Positions 9,564 through 18,311 of a stretch of DNA of 64,000 bases are shown here, piece after piece. The notes under the pieces are model-generated. The model had not been told where the DNA came from, ran no database searches, and worked only from the letters and a program-made list of their open reading frames with translations. Source of the DNA: Planctomycetota bacterium (lineage in GTDB: Bacteria > Planctomycetota > PLA2 > JAEUHO01); the NCBI GenBank assembly GCA_965223505.1, contig CBDCWP010000043.1, forward strand, positions 64,001 through 128,000, in the 5' to 3' direction. Position numbers and translations under genes: made by a program. Numbering within the stretch: position 1 is the stretch's first letter; each line of letters starts with the position of its first letter.

Positions 9564-10829
9564 ATGTCGGTCCTTCGCAATGCCAGTGTGGCGCTTTGCC
9601 TGCTCGCGATCGCAGCGGCATGCGGCGAGTCGCCGGCCGGGAAGCAGCCCACGTCTTCGATCGAGCTGAACGCGGACACGTTTGCGGCCCTCCGCGACCA
9701 GATCCAACCGTCCGAGGCCGAGCGTGCGTGGCAGCAGATCGACTGGTATCCGTCCTACGCGGAGGGTCTGCAGGCGGCGTCGGTGCAGCAGAAGCCCGTG
9801 CTCCTGTGGGTGATGAACGGCCACCCGCTCGGCTGTACCTGAAACAACGGTGTCGCGGGCCGGCGGTCCGTGTGGTCGAACCCGGACGTGATCGAAACGG
9901 CGAAGCCGTTCGTGGCGGTCACCGACGAAGTCTGGCGACTGCAGCGCGGCACGGACGCGGAGTGCCGCCACTTTCAGAAGATGGCCGACCAGGGCCACTA
10001 CCGGGCCAAGGGCGGCACGCGCCAGGGCATCTACGTCCTCACGGCGAACGGAACGTTCCTCGCATCGGTCAACGCGCTCGACGCGGCGAAGGTGCTCGAG
10101 ACCATGGAGCAGGGACTCGCCGCGTGGGAAGAGACGTCCGCGGACGCGCGCACGCTCCCCGACGACTGGGACCTCCCGCGCCGCCGCTGGGAGTCGAGCT
10201 ATCCCGAGGACGGTCTGGTGCTGCGTACCCTCAACGCCGACCTCGGGCCGAACGCGGATCGCAAGCGTCTCAATCGCGACCACGTCTGGTTCACGGTCGG
10301 GGAGGCGCGTGGCTGGCTCGGTGCGGATCCGGCTGTCGGCGACGTCCACGAGGTCACGAAGACGATCGTCGAACGGCTCGCGCAGTTTCATCTCGTCGAC
10401 AACGTGCGCGGCCAGACGCTGCCGTTCGCGGCGGAAGAGACCGCGGGGTCCAGGATCACGACGACGGTGCGCTCGCGCGACGGCGACGTCGTGGCGTTCG
10501 GGATCGAGGGAACGACGACCGCGGAGACCGACGGCACGTGGAAGTTGGGCAAGAGCGACTGGACGCCCAAGGAGGCGTTCCCGCGCCGCGTCACGACGAA
10601 GCTGCTCGGCTCCGGCCGCTACGACCTGTCGTCGCGGCGCTTCACGGCGTTCGAGCTGGTCGCGGTGGGGGAGCGCGAGGGGCGGACGAACCTGAACGGG
10701 CGGCGCGACGACGACGTCGGGCCCGCCCCGATCGGGTTCTACTTCGAGCTCGCGCCGGATCGACCGGCGGAGCGCGTCGCGCCCGCGTTCGTCGACATCT
10801 ACGCGGACTGGGTCGTTGACCCGCGCTGA
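9564..10829 (+). CDS. Putative selenoprotein: SelN-like thioredoxin-fold lipoprotein with C-T-U motif (UGA 9840-9842 = Sec93), 421 aa
   Basis: ORFs 9552-9842 and 9870-10829 are in the same frame and separated only by TGA. Readthrough gives KPVLLWVMNGHPLGCT-U-NNGVAGRRSVWSNPDV. Lipobox IAAAC, GGAG RBS before ATG 9564, hairpin downstream of the UGA. Confidence 0.8.
9854..9872 (+). promoter_or_regulatory. Candidate bacterial SECIS hairpin
   Basis: CGCGGGCC-GGC-GGTCCGTG: 8-bp stem with two G-U pairs. G-initiated loop starts 19 nt after the UGA. Confidence 0.6.
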
Positions 10830-11583
10830 CGACGCGCCGACGCCGCGGCGATACGCGTGCCCCAAGCTGGCGGCGCCGCTGCGGCTGACGGGACGCATGG
10901 ACGACCCGCAGTGGGAGCGCGTCCCGTGGACGGAGGACTTCGTCGACATCGAGGGCGACCGCAAGCCCACGCCGCGTCATCGCACGCGCGCCAAGATGTG
11001 CTGGGACGACACCTACTTCTACGTGGCCGCCCGGCTCGACGACCCGCACGTCTTCGCGACGCTGACCGAGAAGAACGCCGTCATCTTCCACGACCCCGAC
11101 TTCGAGATCTTCATCGACCCCGACGGCGACACGCGCCACTACTACGAGTTCGAGATCAACGCGCTCGGCACGATCTGGGAGCTGTACCTGGAGAAGACCT
11201 ACCGCGACGGCGGGCCTGTGCACGAGGGGTACAACCTCGACGGACTGCGGAGCGCGGTGCACGTCGACGGGACGATCAACGACCCGTCGGACGTCGACGG
11301 GGGCTGGTCCGTCGAGGTCGCGATCCCGTGGGAGGCGCTGCGCCTGTTCGCGCGCGAGATGCCCTGCCCGCCCGAGCCGGGCGACGAATGGCGTGTGAAC
11401 TTCTCACGCGTTCATTGGCGCTTCGAGATCGTCGACGGCGCGTATCGCAGGTTTCCGCGCGAGTCGCATCCCGAGGACAACTGGGTGTGGTCCCCCCAAG
11501 GGGTCGTCGACATGCACCGGCCAACGACCTGGGGCTACGTCACCTTCGAGGATCCTGGCGGCGTCAGTGGCGTAGGTGAATGA
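10816..11583 (+). CDS. Carbohydrate-binding family 9-like (DOMON-like) protein
   Basis: DFEIFIDPDGD, YYEFEINALGT, WSVEVAIPW, WRVNFSR, WVWSPQG motifs. Overlaps the upstream stop. Confidence 0.85.
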   Translation: MTRADDAPTPRRYACPKLAAPLRLTGRMDDPQWERVPWTEDFVDIEGDRKPTPRHRTRAKMCWDDTYFYVAARLDDPHVFATLTEKNAVIFHDPDFEIFIDPDGDTRHYYEFEINALGTIWELYLEKTYRDGGPVHEGYNLDGLRSAVHVDGTINDPSDVDGGWSVEVAIPWEALRLFAREMPCPPEPGDEWRVNFSRVHWRFEIVDGAYRRFPRESHPEDNWVWSPQGVVDMHRPTTWGYVTFEDPGGVSGVGE

Positions 11584-11750
11584 TCGTCGCGAGGACGAAG
11601 AAGAGCGCCGCGAAGCCGCCGCAGAAGACGATCGCCAGGCCAAGTCGCGTGCCGGTTCCGAAGATGAGCAGGAACAGAGCGACGAGCAGCAGCAGGAATC
11701 CGAGTCCGAAGAACGTGAAGCGGATTGCCTCTCGCCGCCTGCTCCGACAT
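11564..11750 (-). pseudogene. Small two-TM membrane protein with an apparent frameshift just after the start
   Basis: AGGAG + ATG (11750) gives MSEQA, but the hydrophobic FTFFGLGFLLLLVALFLL...FAALFFVLATII lies in the +1 frame. Confidence 0.45.
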
Positions 11751-11888
11751 CGACTCCTCTTCGTGTGGAGGAGTGTGACCGATTCCCACGGCGCCGTGCG
11801 CGGGTACCCCCTCGCGGCAACCGGCCCCTTCACGCTAGCATTCGTTTGTTGATGAACCTGCGTGCGCGTTTGGATTGGGGGAACCGCG

Positions 11889-13112
11889 ATGGCAAAGAGC
11901 TTCAGCGCTGCCGAATGGAACAAGGTCAACACCGAGCTTCGACGGAACCCGAGCAAGTACGGGATTCCGGCTCGTGTCTACGGCTCCGTCGTCATGGCGT
12001 CCTTCAACATCCGCAAGCTCGGCGCCGAGGCCGGCCGGGACGACCGCACCTGGCGCTTTCTCGGCAACGTATGCCGCAACTTCGATCTCATCGCGGTGCA
12101 GGAGATCCTCGAGGACCTGACCGGGCTCGAGCGGCTGCGCAAGGAGATCGGCAAGGGCGGAGTGGACTACCACGTCATCGTGTCGGACGTGACGGGCGTC
12201 TTCCCCGGTGACAAGGGCAACCCCGAACGTCTCGCATTCCTCTATCGCCCCTCGGTGATCGAGCGCGGCAACATCGTCTCGGACCTGACCTTCGACCGCA
12301 CCAAGGTGCTGCAGCTGCTCGACGCCGACCTCGACGCCTTCCACAAGGGCATCCGCGACCACCGCAAGGCGGTCAAGGAGTGGGAGAAGGAGAAGGTGAG
12401 GCGCAAGGCCGCGGGGAGGCGCGCGCCGGCCAAGCCCAAGCTCGTGTTGCCCTTCCTCGGGTTCATCCGGCAGCCGTACGCCGTGAGCTTCAAGGTCGTC
12501 GGCATGCCGGGGACGAGGCCCTATGCGTTTCTCGCGGTCAACGCGCACCTCGTGTGGGGGAGCGGCGAGGAGATCGAGCGCGACCGCGAGTTCCAAGCGC
12601 TCATGGAGTGGATCCGGTCGCGTGAAGCCGGCACCGACGGGACGAGCTACCCCGGCGTCATCCTGTTGGGCGACTTGAATCTGGATTTCGACAAGACGCT
12701 TTCCGACTTCGAGAAGATCGCGCCGTTCCTGAAACCGTTCGAGAACAAGAAGGGCGAGCCGATCCAGGTCCGCTTTCCCTTCCTCGTCAAGCACCGGAAC
12801 CAGCCCGGGGTGTTTCGGACGAACGCGCGCGCCAACCAGACCTACGACCAGATCGGGTTCTTCTTCCGGGAAAACCAGATGGCGCGGCACGTCATGGAGA
12901 CCATTGCGGATCCGCAGCTGTCACGCATCGGCGAGCACGAGCGCGGCCCCGACTACGGCATGTTCAACTTCGTGGAGCTCTTCAGTCAGGCGCTTCACGG
13001 CAAGCCGTTCGCGCAGCTTCCGGGGTCGAAGCGAAAGGCGTTCTACGCCCTCTTCGAGCACAACGTCAGCGATCACATGCCGCTCTGGGTGCGCGTTCCG
13101 CTGCCCGACTGA
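11889..13112 (+). CDS. Endonuclease/exonuclease/phosphatase (DNase I-like) family protein
   Basis: SFNI, AVQEI, ILLGDLN, YDQI, SDHMP catalytic motifs. Confidence 0.88.
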   Translation: MAKSFSAAEWNKVNTELRRNPSKYGIPARVYGSVVMASFNIRKLGAEAGRDDRTWRFLGNVCRNFDLIAVQEILEDLTGLERLRKEIGKGGVDYHVIVSDVTGVFPGDKGNPERLAFLYRPSVIERGNIVSDLTFDRTKVLQLLDADLDAFHKGIRDHRKAVKEWEKEKVRRKAAGRRAPAKPKLVLPFLGFIRQPYAVSFKVVGMPGTRPYAFLAVNAHLVWGSGEEIERDREFQALMEWIRSREAGTDGTSYPGVILLGDLNLDFDKTLSDFEKIAPFLKPFENKKGEPIQVRFPFLVKHRNQPGVFRTNARANQTYDQIGFFFRENQMARHVMETIADPQLSRIGEHERGPDYGMFNFVELFSQALHGKPFAQLPGSKRKAFYALFEHNVSDHMPLWVRVPLPD

Positions 13113-13117
13113 CGCTG

Positions 13118-14485
13118 CTAGCCGTTCGAACGCGTCGTCTGGGTGAGATAGTCGACGAGGTCGATCTTGCTCAGCAGCCCGAGCAGGCAGCCGTCGTCGT
13201 CGACGACCAGCGCGACGTAGCCGTCGGCGAACAGCCGCGTCAGGCACGCCGCGTCGTCGTCTACGTGGACCGTCTGCACGTTGCGCAGCATGACCTCCGC
13301 GACCGACGTCTCGAGCGTCGCGTGTCCGTCGACGAGCCGCGAGAGCAAGTCGCCCTCGGTGACGATGCCGGCCAGGCGTCCCGACTCGAGCACCGGCAGC
13401 TGGCTGATGCCGTGCTCCTTCATGCGGCGGACGGCGGTCTCGAGCGTGTCGCTGCCTTGCGCCGTGACGACGTCGCGCTGGGGAAGCGCGCGCAGCAGCT
13501 CGCCGAGCGATTGGGCCGCGAGCCGCTCTTCCTCGAACCCGTTCTCGCGCATCCAGCGGTCGTCGACGAACTTCGTCATGTAGTTGCGCACCGAGTCGGG
13601 CAGGAGCGTCACGATGCGCTTGTCGGGGCCGTACTTCTTCGCGATCTCGACCGCGGCCCACACCGCCGAACCGCACGACCCGCCGACGAGCAGTCCTTCC
13701 TGCCGGATCAGACGCCTTGCCATCTGGAACGAGTCCCGGTCGTTGGACTTGAGCCACTCGTCGACCAGGTCCACGTCGAGCACGTCGGGGATGAAGTCGT
13801 AGCCGATGCCTTCGACCTTGTACGGTCCGATCTCGCCCGGCCCCGCGAGGATCGAGCCCACGGGATCGACGCCGATGATCTTGCAGTCCGGCGCGCCTTC
13901 CTTCACCCGCTTCGCCGCGCCCGTCAGCGTGCCGCCGGTGCCGGCCGTCAAGACGAGGTAGTCGAGGCGGCCGTCGGTCTGTTCCAGGATCTCCTGCCCC
14001 GTGCCCTCGAAGTGCGCGAGCGGATTGTCGGGGTTGCCGTACTGATCGAGGATGTGCGCGTTCGGGAGGATCTCTTCCAGCTGCTTGGCCACGCCGATGT
14101 GGCTCTCCGGCGAGTCGAACGCCGCCTCGGTCGGCGTGCGAATGATCTCCGCGCCCAGCGCTTCGAGGATGACCTGCTTCTCGCGACTCATCTTCTCGGG
14201 CATCGTAATGATCATCCGATAGCCCTTGATCGCCGCGGCCAGGGCCATGCCGATGCCCGTGTTGCCCGACGTCGGCTCGATCAGCGTGTCGCCGGGATTG
14301 ATCCGGCCGCTCTTCTCCGCCTCTTCGACCATGCGCCGGCCGATGCGGTCCTTGACCGAGCCGCCGGGGCTCACGAACTCGCACTTGGCGAGGATCTCGC
14401 ACCCGGTCTCCCGGCCGATGCGGTTGAGGCGCACCATCGGTGTGTTCCCGATGGCCTCCAGGATGGTTCCGAGGATGTGACCCAT
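13118..14485 (-). CDS. cbs: Cystathionine beta-synthase (PLP domain + C-terminal CBS pair)
   Basis: PGGSVKDR, EPTSGNTG, GTGGT, YKVEGIGYDFIP, DSVRNYMTKF, CBS domains. AAGGAG RBS before ATG 14485. Confidence 0.92.
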   Translation of the reverse strand: MGHILGTILEAIGNTPMVRLNRIGRETGCEILAKCEFVSPGGSVKDRIGRRMVEEAEKSGRINPGDTLIEPTSGNTGIGMALAAAIKGYRMIITMPEKMSREKQVILEALGAEIIRTPTEAAFDSPESHIGVAKQLEEILPNAHILDQYGNPDNPLAHFEGTGQEILEQTDGRLDYLVLTAGTGGTLTGAAKRVKEGAPDCKIIGVDPVGSILAGPGEIGPYKVEGIGYDFIPDVLDVDLVDEWLKSNDRDSFQMARRLIRQEGLLVGGSCGSAVWAAVEIAKKYGPDKRIVTLLPDSVRNYMTKFVDDRWMRENGFEEERLAAQSLGELLRALPQRDVVTAQGSDTLETAVRRMKEHGISQLPVLESGRLAGIVTEGDLLSRLVDGHATLETSVAEVMLRNVQTVHVDDDAACLTRLFADGYVALVVDDDGCLLGLLSKIDLVDYLTQTTRSNG

Positions 14486-14719
14486 GGGTGCTCCTTGCGG
14501 GGGCCGGAAGGTACCACCTCGCCCTTCGATGGTCGGTTTCGCGCCACGCCGGAATCCGGCCCGCGGCCTACCGGGGATCCGCACGGGGCGGTAGCCGATC
14601 CGCGATTTTCGTCCCGATTCGGCCCAATCGGCAGGATTCGAAATTGCGCGACGCCTTCGATTGGAGGTCGCGTGAGCTAGAATCCCGGCTCAGGGCATGC
14701 GCCCCTGGGAGTACCCGCT

Positions 14720-15742
14720 ATGCGTATCTGCACACTTCTCGGCGCAACCGCGCTCGCGTTCCTTCTCGCCACGACGGCTTGGTCCGAAGGCGGCATCGCC
14801 GTCGGCGAAGAGGCCCCCGACTTCGAGGGCGGTGACGTCCTCAACTCCGAGCCGATCAAGGTCGGCGACCTGAAGGGACGGTTGATCCTGCTGGAGCTCT
14901 TCAGCACGACCTGAGGTCCGTGCAAGACTCAGGTCGGGCACCTGAACGAGCTTCACGAAACGTACGATGGCAAGGGACTCACGGTTCTCTCGGTGACCGG
15001 TGAGGACAGGGACCGAGTCGAGCCCTTCGTCGAGGAGTTCGGCGCGAACTTTCCCATCATGTGCCAGGCACAGTCGGGCGCGTACTCGACGGGCGGCGTT
15101 CCGTCCGCGTACCTGATCGGCGCCGACGGCACCGTCGTATGGCAAGGCCATCCGGGCAATCTCCAGGATTCCGAGATCGAAGGACATCTGAAGGACGTCA
15201 AGAAAGCCGACCGCGTGAGCACGTGGGCCTTCACGATCGTCAAGCAGCTGCCGCCGGTTCCGGACAAGCTCAAGGGCGTCAAGAAGAGCCTCGAGAAGAT
15301 GAAGTTCGGCGCCGCGCTCAAGACCGTGGAAGCGGCGCTTCCGAAGCTCGAAGGCGAAGATCTCGAGGCCGGCGAGGCGATCCGCGACTGGATCGCCGGC
15401 AACGGGAAGACCAGCATGGACAAAGCCGCCACGCTCGTGCGCGAGAACAAGATCTACGACGCGTTCCTCGTGTACGAGGGTGTCGAGGACCGCTTCAAGG
15501 GACACCAGCTCGGCAAGGACGCGAAGGCCGCCGCCAAGGAGCTCAAGAGCGGCAAGGAAACCGGTCTCGAGATCAAGGCATCCGAGAAGCTCATCAAGGC
15601 CAAGAAGGAAATGCGCGGCGAAAAGAAGTTCGAAGACCAGCTCAAGTGCTTGAAGCCGGTTCTCTCGAAGAAGTACGCCGAGACCGCAGCCGGCAAGGAA
15701 GCGGCCAAGATGGCCGAGGACATCGAGGCGAAGCTCAAGTAG
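14720..15742 (+). CDS. Putative selenoprotein: exported TlpA/redoxin-family thiol-disulfide oxidoreductase with U-G-P-C motif (UGA 14912-14914 = Sec65) and Lys-rich helical C-terminal extension, 340 aa
   Basis: ORFs 14720-14914 and 14993-15742 are in frame. Readthrough gives VGEEAPDF...LKGRLILLELFSTT-U-GPCKTQVGHLNELHETYDGKGLTVLSV...GVPSAYLIGADGTVVWQG. The TGA occupies the first Cys of CxxC. Signal peptide present. Confidence 0.9.
14929..14945 (+). promoter_or_regulatory. Candidate bacterial SECIS hairpin
   Basis: TCAGGT-CGGGC-ACCTGA: perfect 6-bp stem. Loop starts 20 nt after the UGA with G at its second position. Confidence 0.68.
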
Positions 15743-15873
15743 CCCGCCTTCCGAGAGCGTCCAGAGCATCCGGCAAGCAGCAGGCCTGGGCGGGTCTACG
15801 AACGGACCCCGTCACCAAAGTAGTTGCCTCCTTGCGCAGGGTCGGCTCCCACCGCTACGCTCGCGGTTTGGAG

Positions 15874-18108
15874 ATGACCTTGATGTATGTGACGAAGTTG
15901 CGCGTGTGGACGCTGGCGGTCATCGCGGTCGTCTGCGTCTCGTCCACCGCGGTGCGCGCGGAAGAGGCGACGCCGAAGGCGGAATTCGAGAAAGCGCTCC
16001 GGGTCGCCAAGCGGATGCTCCAGAACGAGCGTCCGAAGTCCGGGATGAGGATCCTGAAGAAGGCGCTCGAGACGCACGCCCGCAAGGACTACGTCTACGC
16101 CCGCAAGGCCGACATCGAAGACGTCATCCGCCAGCTGGCGTTCGGGACCGAGAACAAGCTGCCGAAGCCGGAGGACGTCGTTGCCGGCAAGCTGCTGAAG
16201 TACACGCCGAAGACCGGCAAGATCCACATCCAGTACGACAAGCAGGCTGCCCTGAAGGACTTCGAGAAGGAAGGCCCCTTGATGCTGTTCCCGGGCCACT
16301 TCAAAGGGCCCTTCTACTTCAAGGTCCAGGGCGCCCGCTACCCCGGCCGAGCGGAAGACTCGCCGATGATCATCATCGGCCAGGTCGAGCACCCGGAGAC
16401 GGGCAAGCTCCAGATCTGGCAGTACCTCTGCGGCATTCCCGAGTACCGCAAGGGCGGCAGCGTCTATTGGCTGCCCGCCCAGCTCATCCATCACGACGGG
16501 GAAGAGAAGCACGTGGTCTGGGACGACGAGCAGTGTCCCGCGTCCATCGGCCGCTGGTACACGATCTCGGTGGAGGTCGATGAGAGGTCGCACGATCTGA
16601 GCGTCAATTCGACGCACGTCGGCAGCGGAAGGAAGCCCGCGGGGGTCTACGGGCTGTGCGGCTTCGAGGCCCGGAGTTGGCAATCCGTCGAGATCAAGGG
16701 AACCGTCGAACCCGCGTGGATCCAGGCCAAGATCGACGCGATCGTCCAGAAGGAGCTCGCGGAGTTCGAGAAGACGTTCGATCGAGCCAAGTACCTTCCC
16801 GGCTGGCTGTTGAAAGCGCCGACACCACCCAAGACGCCGGCGCCTTCTTCGGGGCCGACCTTCGAGAGCACCGGCTATCCGAAGGACGTCACACAGGTGC
16901 AGGCCCGGAAGCTCGATCGGGTGCGCATGATGATCGAGATGGGCCAGTATGAGAAGGCGCTGGTCGAGATCGAAAAGCCGCGGCGCGAGTCCTATCCGTC
17001 CTCTGCCTGTTTCTATCTGTCCGCGCGGGCGCGGATGGAGCTCAATCAGATGAACCAGGCGCTCGCGGATCTGAACCGCTGCTTGAGGAAGGCGCCCGAG
17101 TTCGTCGAGGGCAAGCTCGTCAAGGGCACACTGCTGTGCAAGCTCGGTGACGTACAGGAAGCCGCGACGATGTTGAACAGCGTGCTCGATGCGCGGAAGT
17201 CGGACCCGCGCACGTACGAGGTCGCCGCGTTGTCGATGCTGATCGCGGGCCGTCCCGCGGAGGCGAAGGAGATCACCCAGCGTGCCGCAGGCGCGTCCGT
17301 GCGTTCGGCCGGTCTCGATCGGCTCAACAAGGTGCTCGTGCGCATCGTGAACGGCCCGGACTGGACGAAGTCCTGGAGCGAGAAGACGGCAAACTATCAG
17401 GTCTGCACGGACATCGACCGAAACACGGCGAAGAAGGCCGCGAAGGTGCTCGAAGAGGCCTACGCGATGTTCAACAAGGACCTCAAGAAGATCGAGCGCG
17501 ATCGTACGCGCAAGTTCAAGGTCTACCTCTTCAAGGGGCAGGCGGGGTTCCTCGCCTACCAGGAGGACCTCGCCGGCTTGTCGGGCAAGCCGTCGGAGAA
17601 CGCGGCCGGGATGTACAACACGCTTCTCAAGCAGCTGCTGATCTGGAACCTCCCCGAGCGCGAGGAGATGATGCGTACGGTGCGGCACGAGGGCTTTCAT
17701 CAGTATCTCGACCGCTACATGCCCAACGCCGCCGTGTGGTTCAACGAGGGGCTGGCGGAGTACTACGAGAACGCCAAGAAGGTGCGCGGCACCTGGACCG
17801 GCGGCCACGTGCACCACGCCTACCTGCGCATGCTGAAGAAGAAGCCGCCGCGGCCGCTCGAGGAGTTCCTCTACATCTCACCGCGGAAGTTCTACGAAGA
17901 AGGGCTCGACAACTACGCGCAGTCGTGGGCCTTCGTTCACATGCTGCGCAAGGGCGACGCGGCCCATCGCGCGTTGTTCGAGCGCTTCATGGACGCCTTC
18001 CAGGAGCACTCTTCGTTCGACGCCATGAAGAAGGTGTTGGCGGACGTCGACCTGAAGGAGCTCGACCAAGAGCTCGCCTCCTACTTGCAGGACCTTCGGG
18101 ACGACTAG
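15874..18108 (+). CDS. Secreted TPR + DUF1570-like (gluzincin metallopeptidase) protein
   Basis: Signal peptide, TPR region, HEGFH...WFNEGLAEYY, YAQSWAFVH. The ORF-track part upstream of 15874 is a shadow of the preceding gene. Confidence 0.8.
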   Translation: MTLMYVTKLRVWTLAVIAVVCVSSTAVRAEEATPKAEFEKALRVAKRMLQNERPKSGMRILKKALETHARKDYVYARKADIEDVIRQLAFGTENKLPKPEDVVAGKLLKYTPKTGKIHIQYDKQAALKDFEKEGPLMLFPGHFKGPFYFKVQGARYPGRAEDSPMIIIGQVEHPETGKLQIWQYLCGIPEYRKGGSVYWLPAQLIHHDGEEKHVVWDDEQCPASIGRWYTISVEVDERSHDLSVNSTHVGSGRKPAGVYGLCGFEARSWQSVEIKGTVEPAWIQAKIDAIVQKELAEFEKTFDRAKYLPGWLLKAPTPPKTPAPSSGPTFESTGYPKDVTQVQARKLDRVRMMIEMGQYEKALVEIEKPRRESYPSSACFYLSARARMELNQMNQALADLNRCLRKAPEFVEGKLVKGTLLCKLGDVQEAATMLNSVLDARKSDPRTYEVAALSMLIAGRPAEAKEITQRAAGASVRSAGLDRLNKVLVRIVNGPDWTKSWSEKTANYQVCTDIDRNTAKKAAKVLEEAYAMFNKDLKKIERDRTRKFKVYLFKGQAGFLAYQEDLAGLSGKPSENAAGMYNTLLKQLLIWNLPEREEMMRTVRHEGFHQYLDRYMPNAAVWFNEGLAEYYENAKKVRGTWTGGHVHHAYLRMLKKKPPRPLEEFLYISPRKFYEEGLDNYAQSWAFVHMLRKGDAAHRALFERFMDAFQEHSSFDAMKKVLADVDLKELDQELASYLQDLRDD

Positions 18109-18123
18109 CGCGTCGATACGAAA

Positions 18124-18152
18124 GCGGCGCGCCTCCGCTGAGAGCGCGCCGC
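18124..18152. terminator. GC-rich hairpin after the DUF1570-like gene
   Basis: GCGGCGCGC...GCGCGCCGC 9-bp inverted repeat. No U-tract. Confidence 0.4.
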
Positions 18153-18163
18153 GGACTCGAACG

Positions 18164-18304
18164 ATGCTGCGCTCAGTGGACGGCGCGAAGGGCGTCGACG
18201 CGGCGACGGCGTTGCAGCGTGCCCAAGCGCACGTTCGAGCGCAGAAGGCGTGGGCGCACCCGTACTACTGGGCCGCCTGGGTGTTGTTGGGCGCGTCTTC
18301 GTAG
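18164..18304 (+). pseudogene. Orphan C-terminal fragment of a CHAT-domain gene (46 aa)
   Basis: MLRSVDGAKGVDAATALQRAQAHVRAQKAWAHPYYWAAWVLLGASS aligns with the tail of 2825-5851 (DGSKGLSAAEALREAQSHVKAQKKWSHPYYWAAWVLWG). Confidence 0.8.
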
Positions 18305-18311
18305 CGAACCG

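Noticed and set aside
9840..14914. UGA reassigned to Trp or Gly (alternative genetic code)
   Set aside because: Many genes end properly at TGA, including ATGA/TGATG couplings, Trp is encoded by TGG throughout, and the two readthrough sites sit at redox-Cys positions.
15061..15873. N-terminal extension of the 1015-aa ORF
   Set aside because: Arg-rich off-frame shadow of the TlpA-like gene; a signal peptide starts at 15874.
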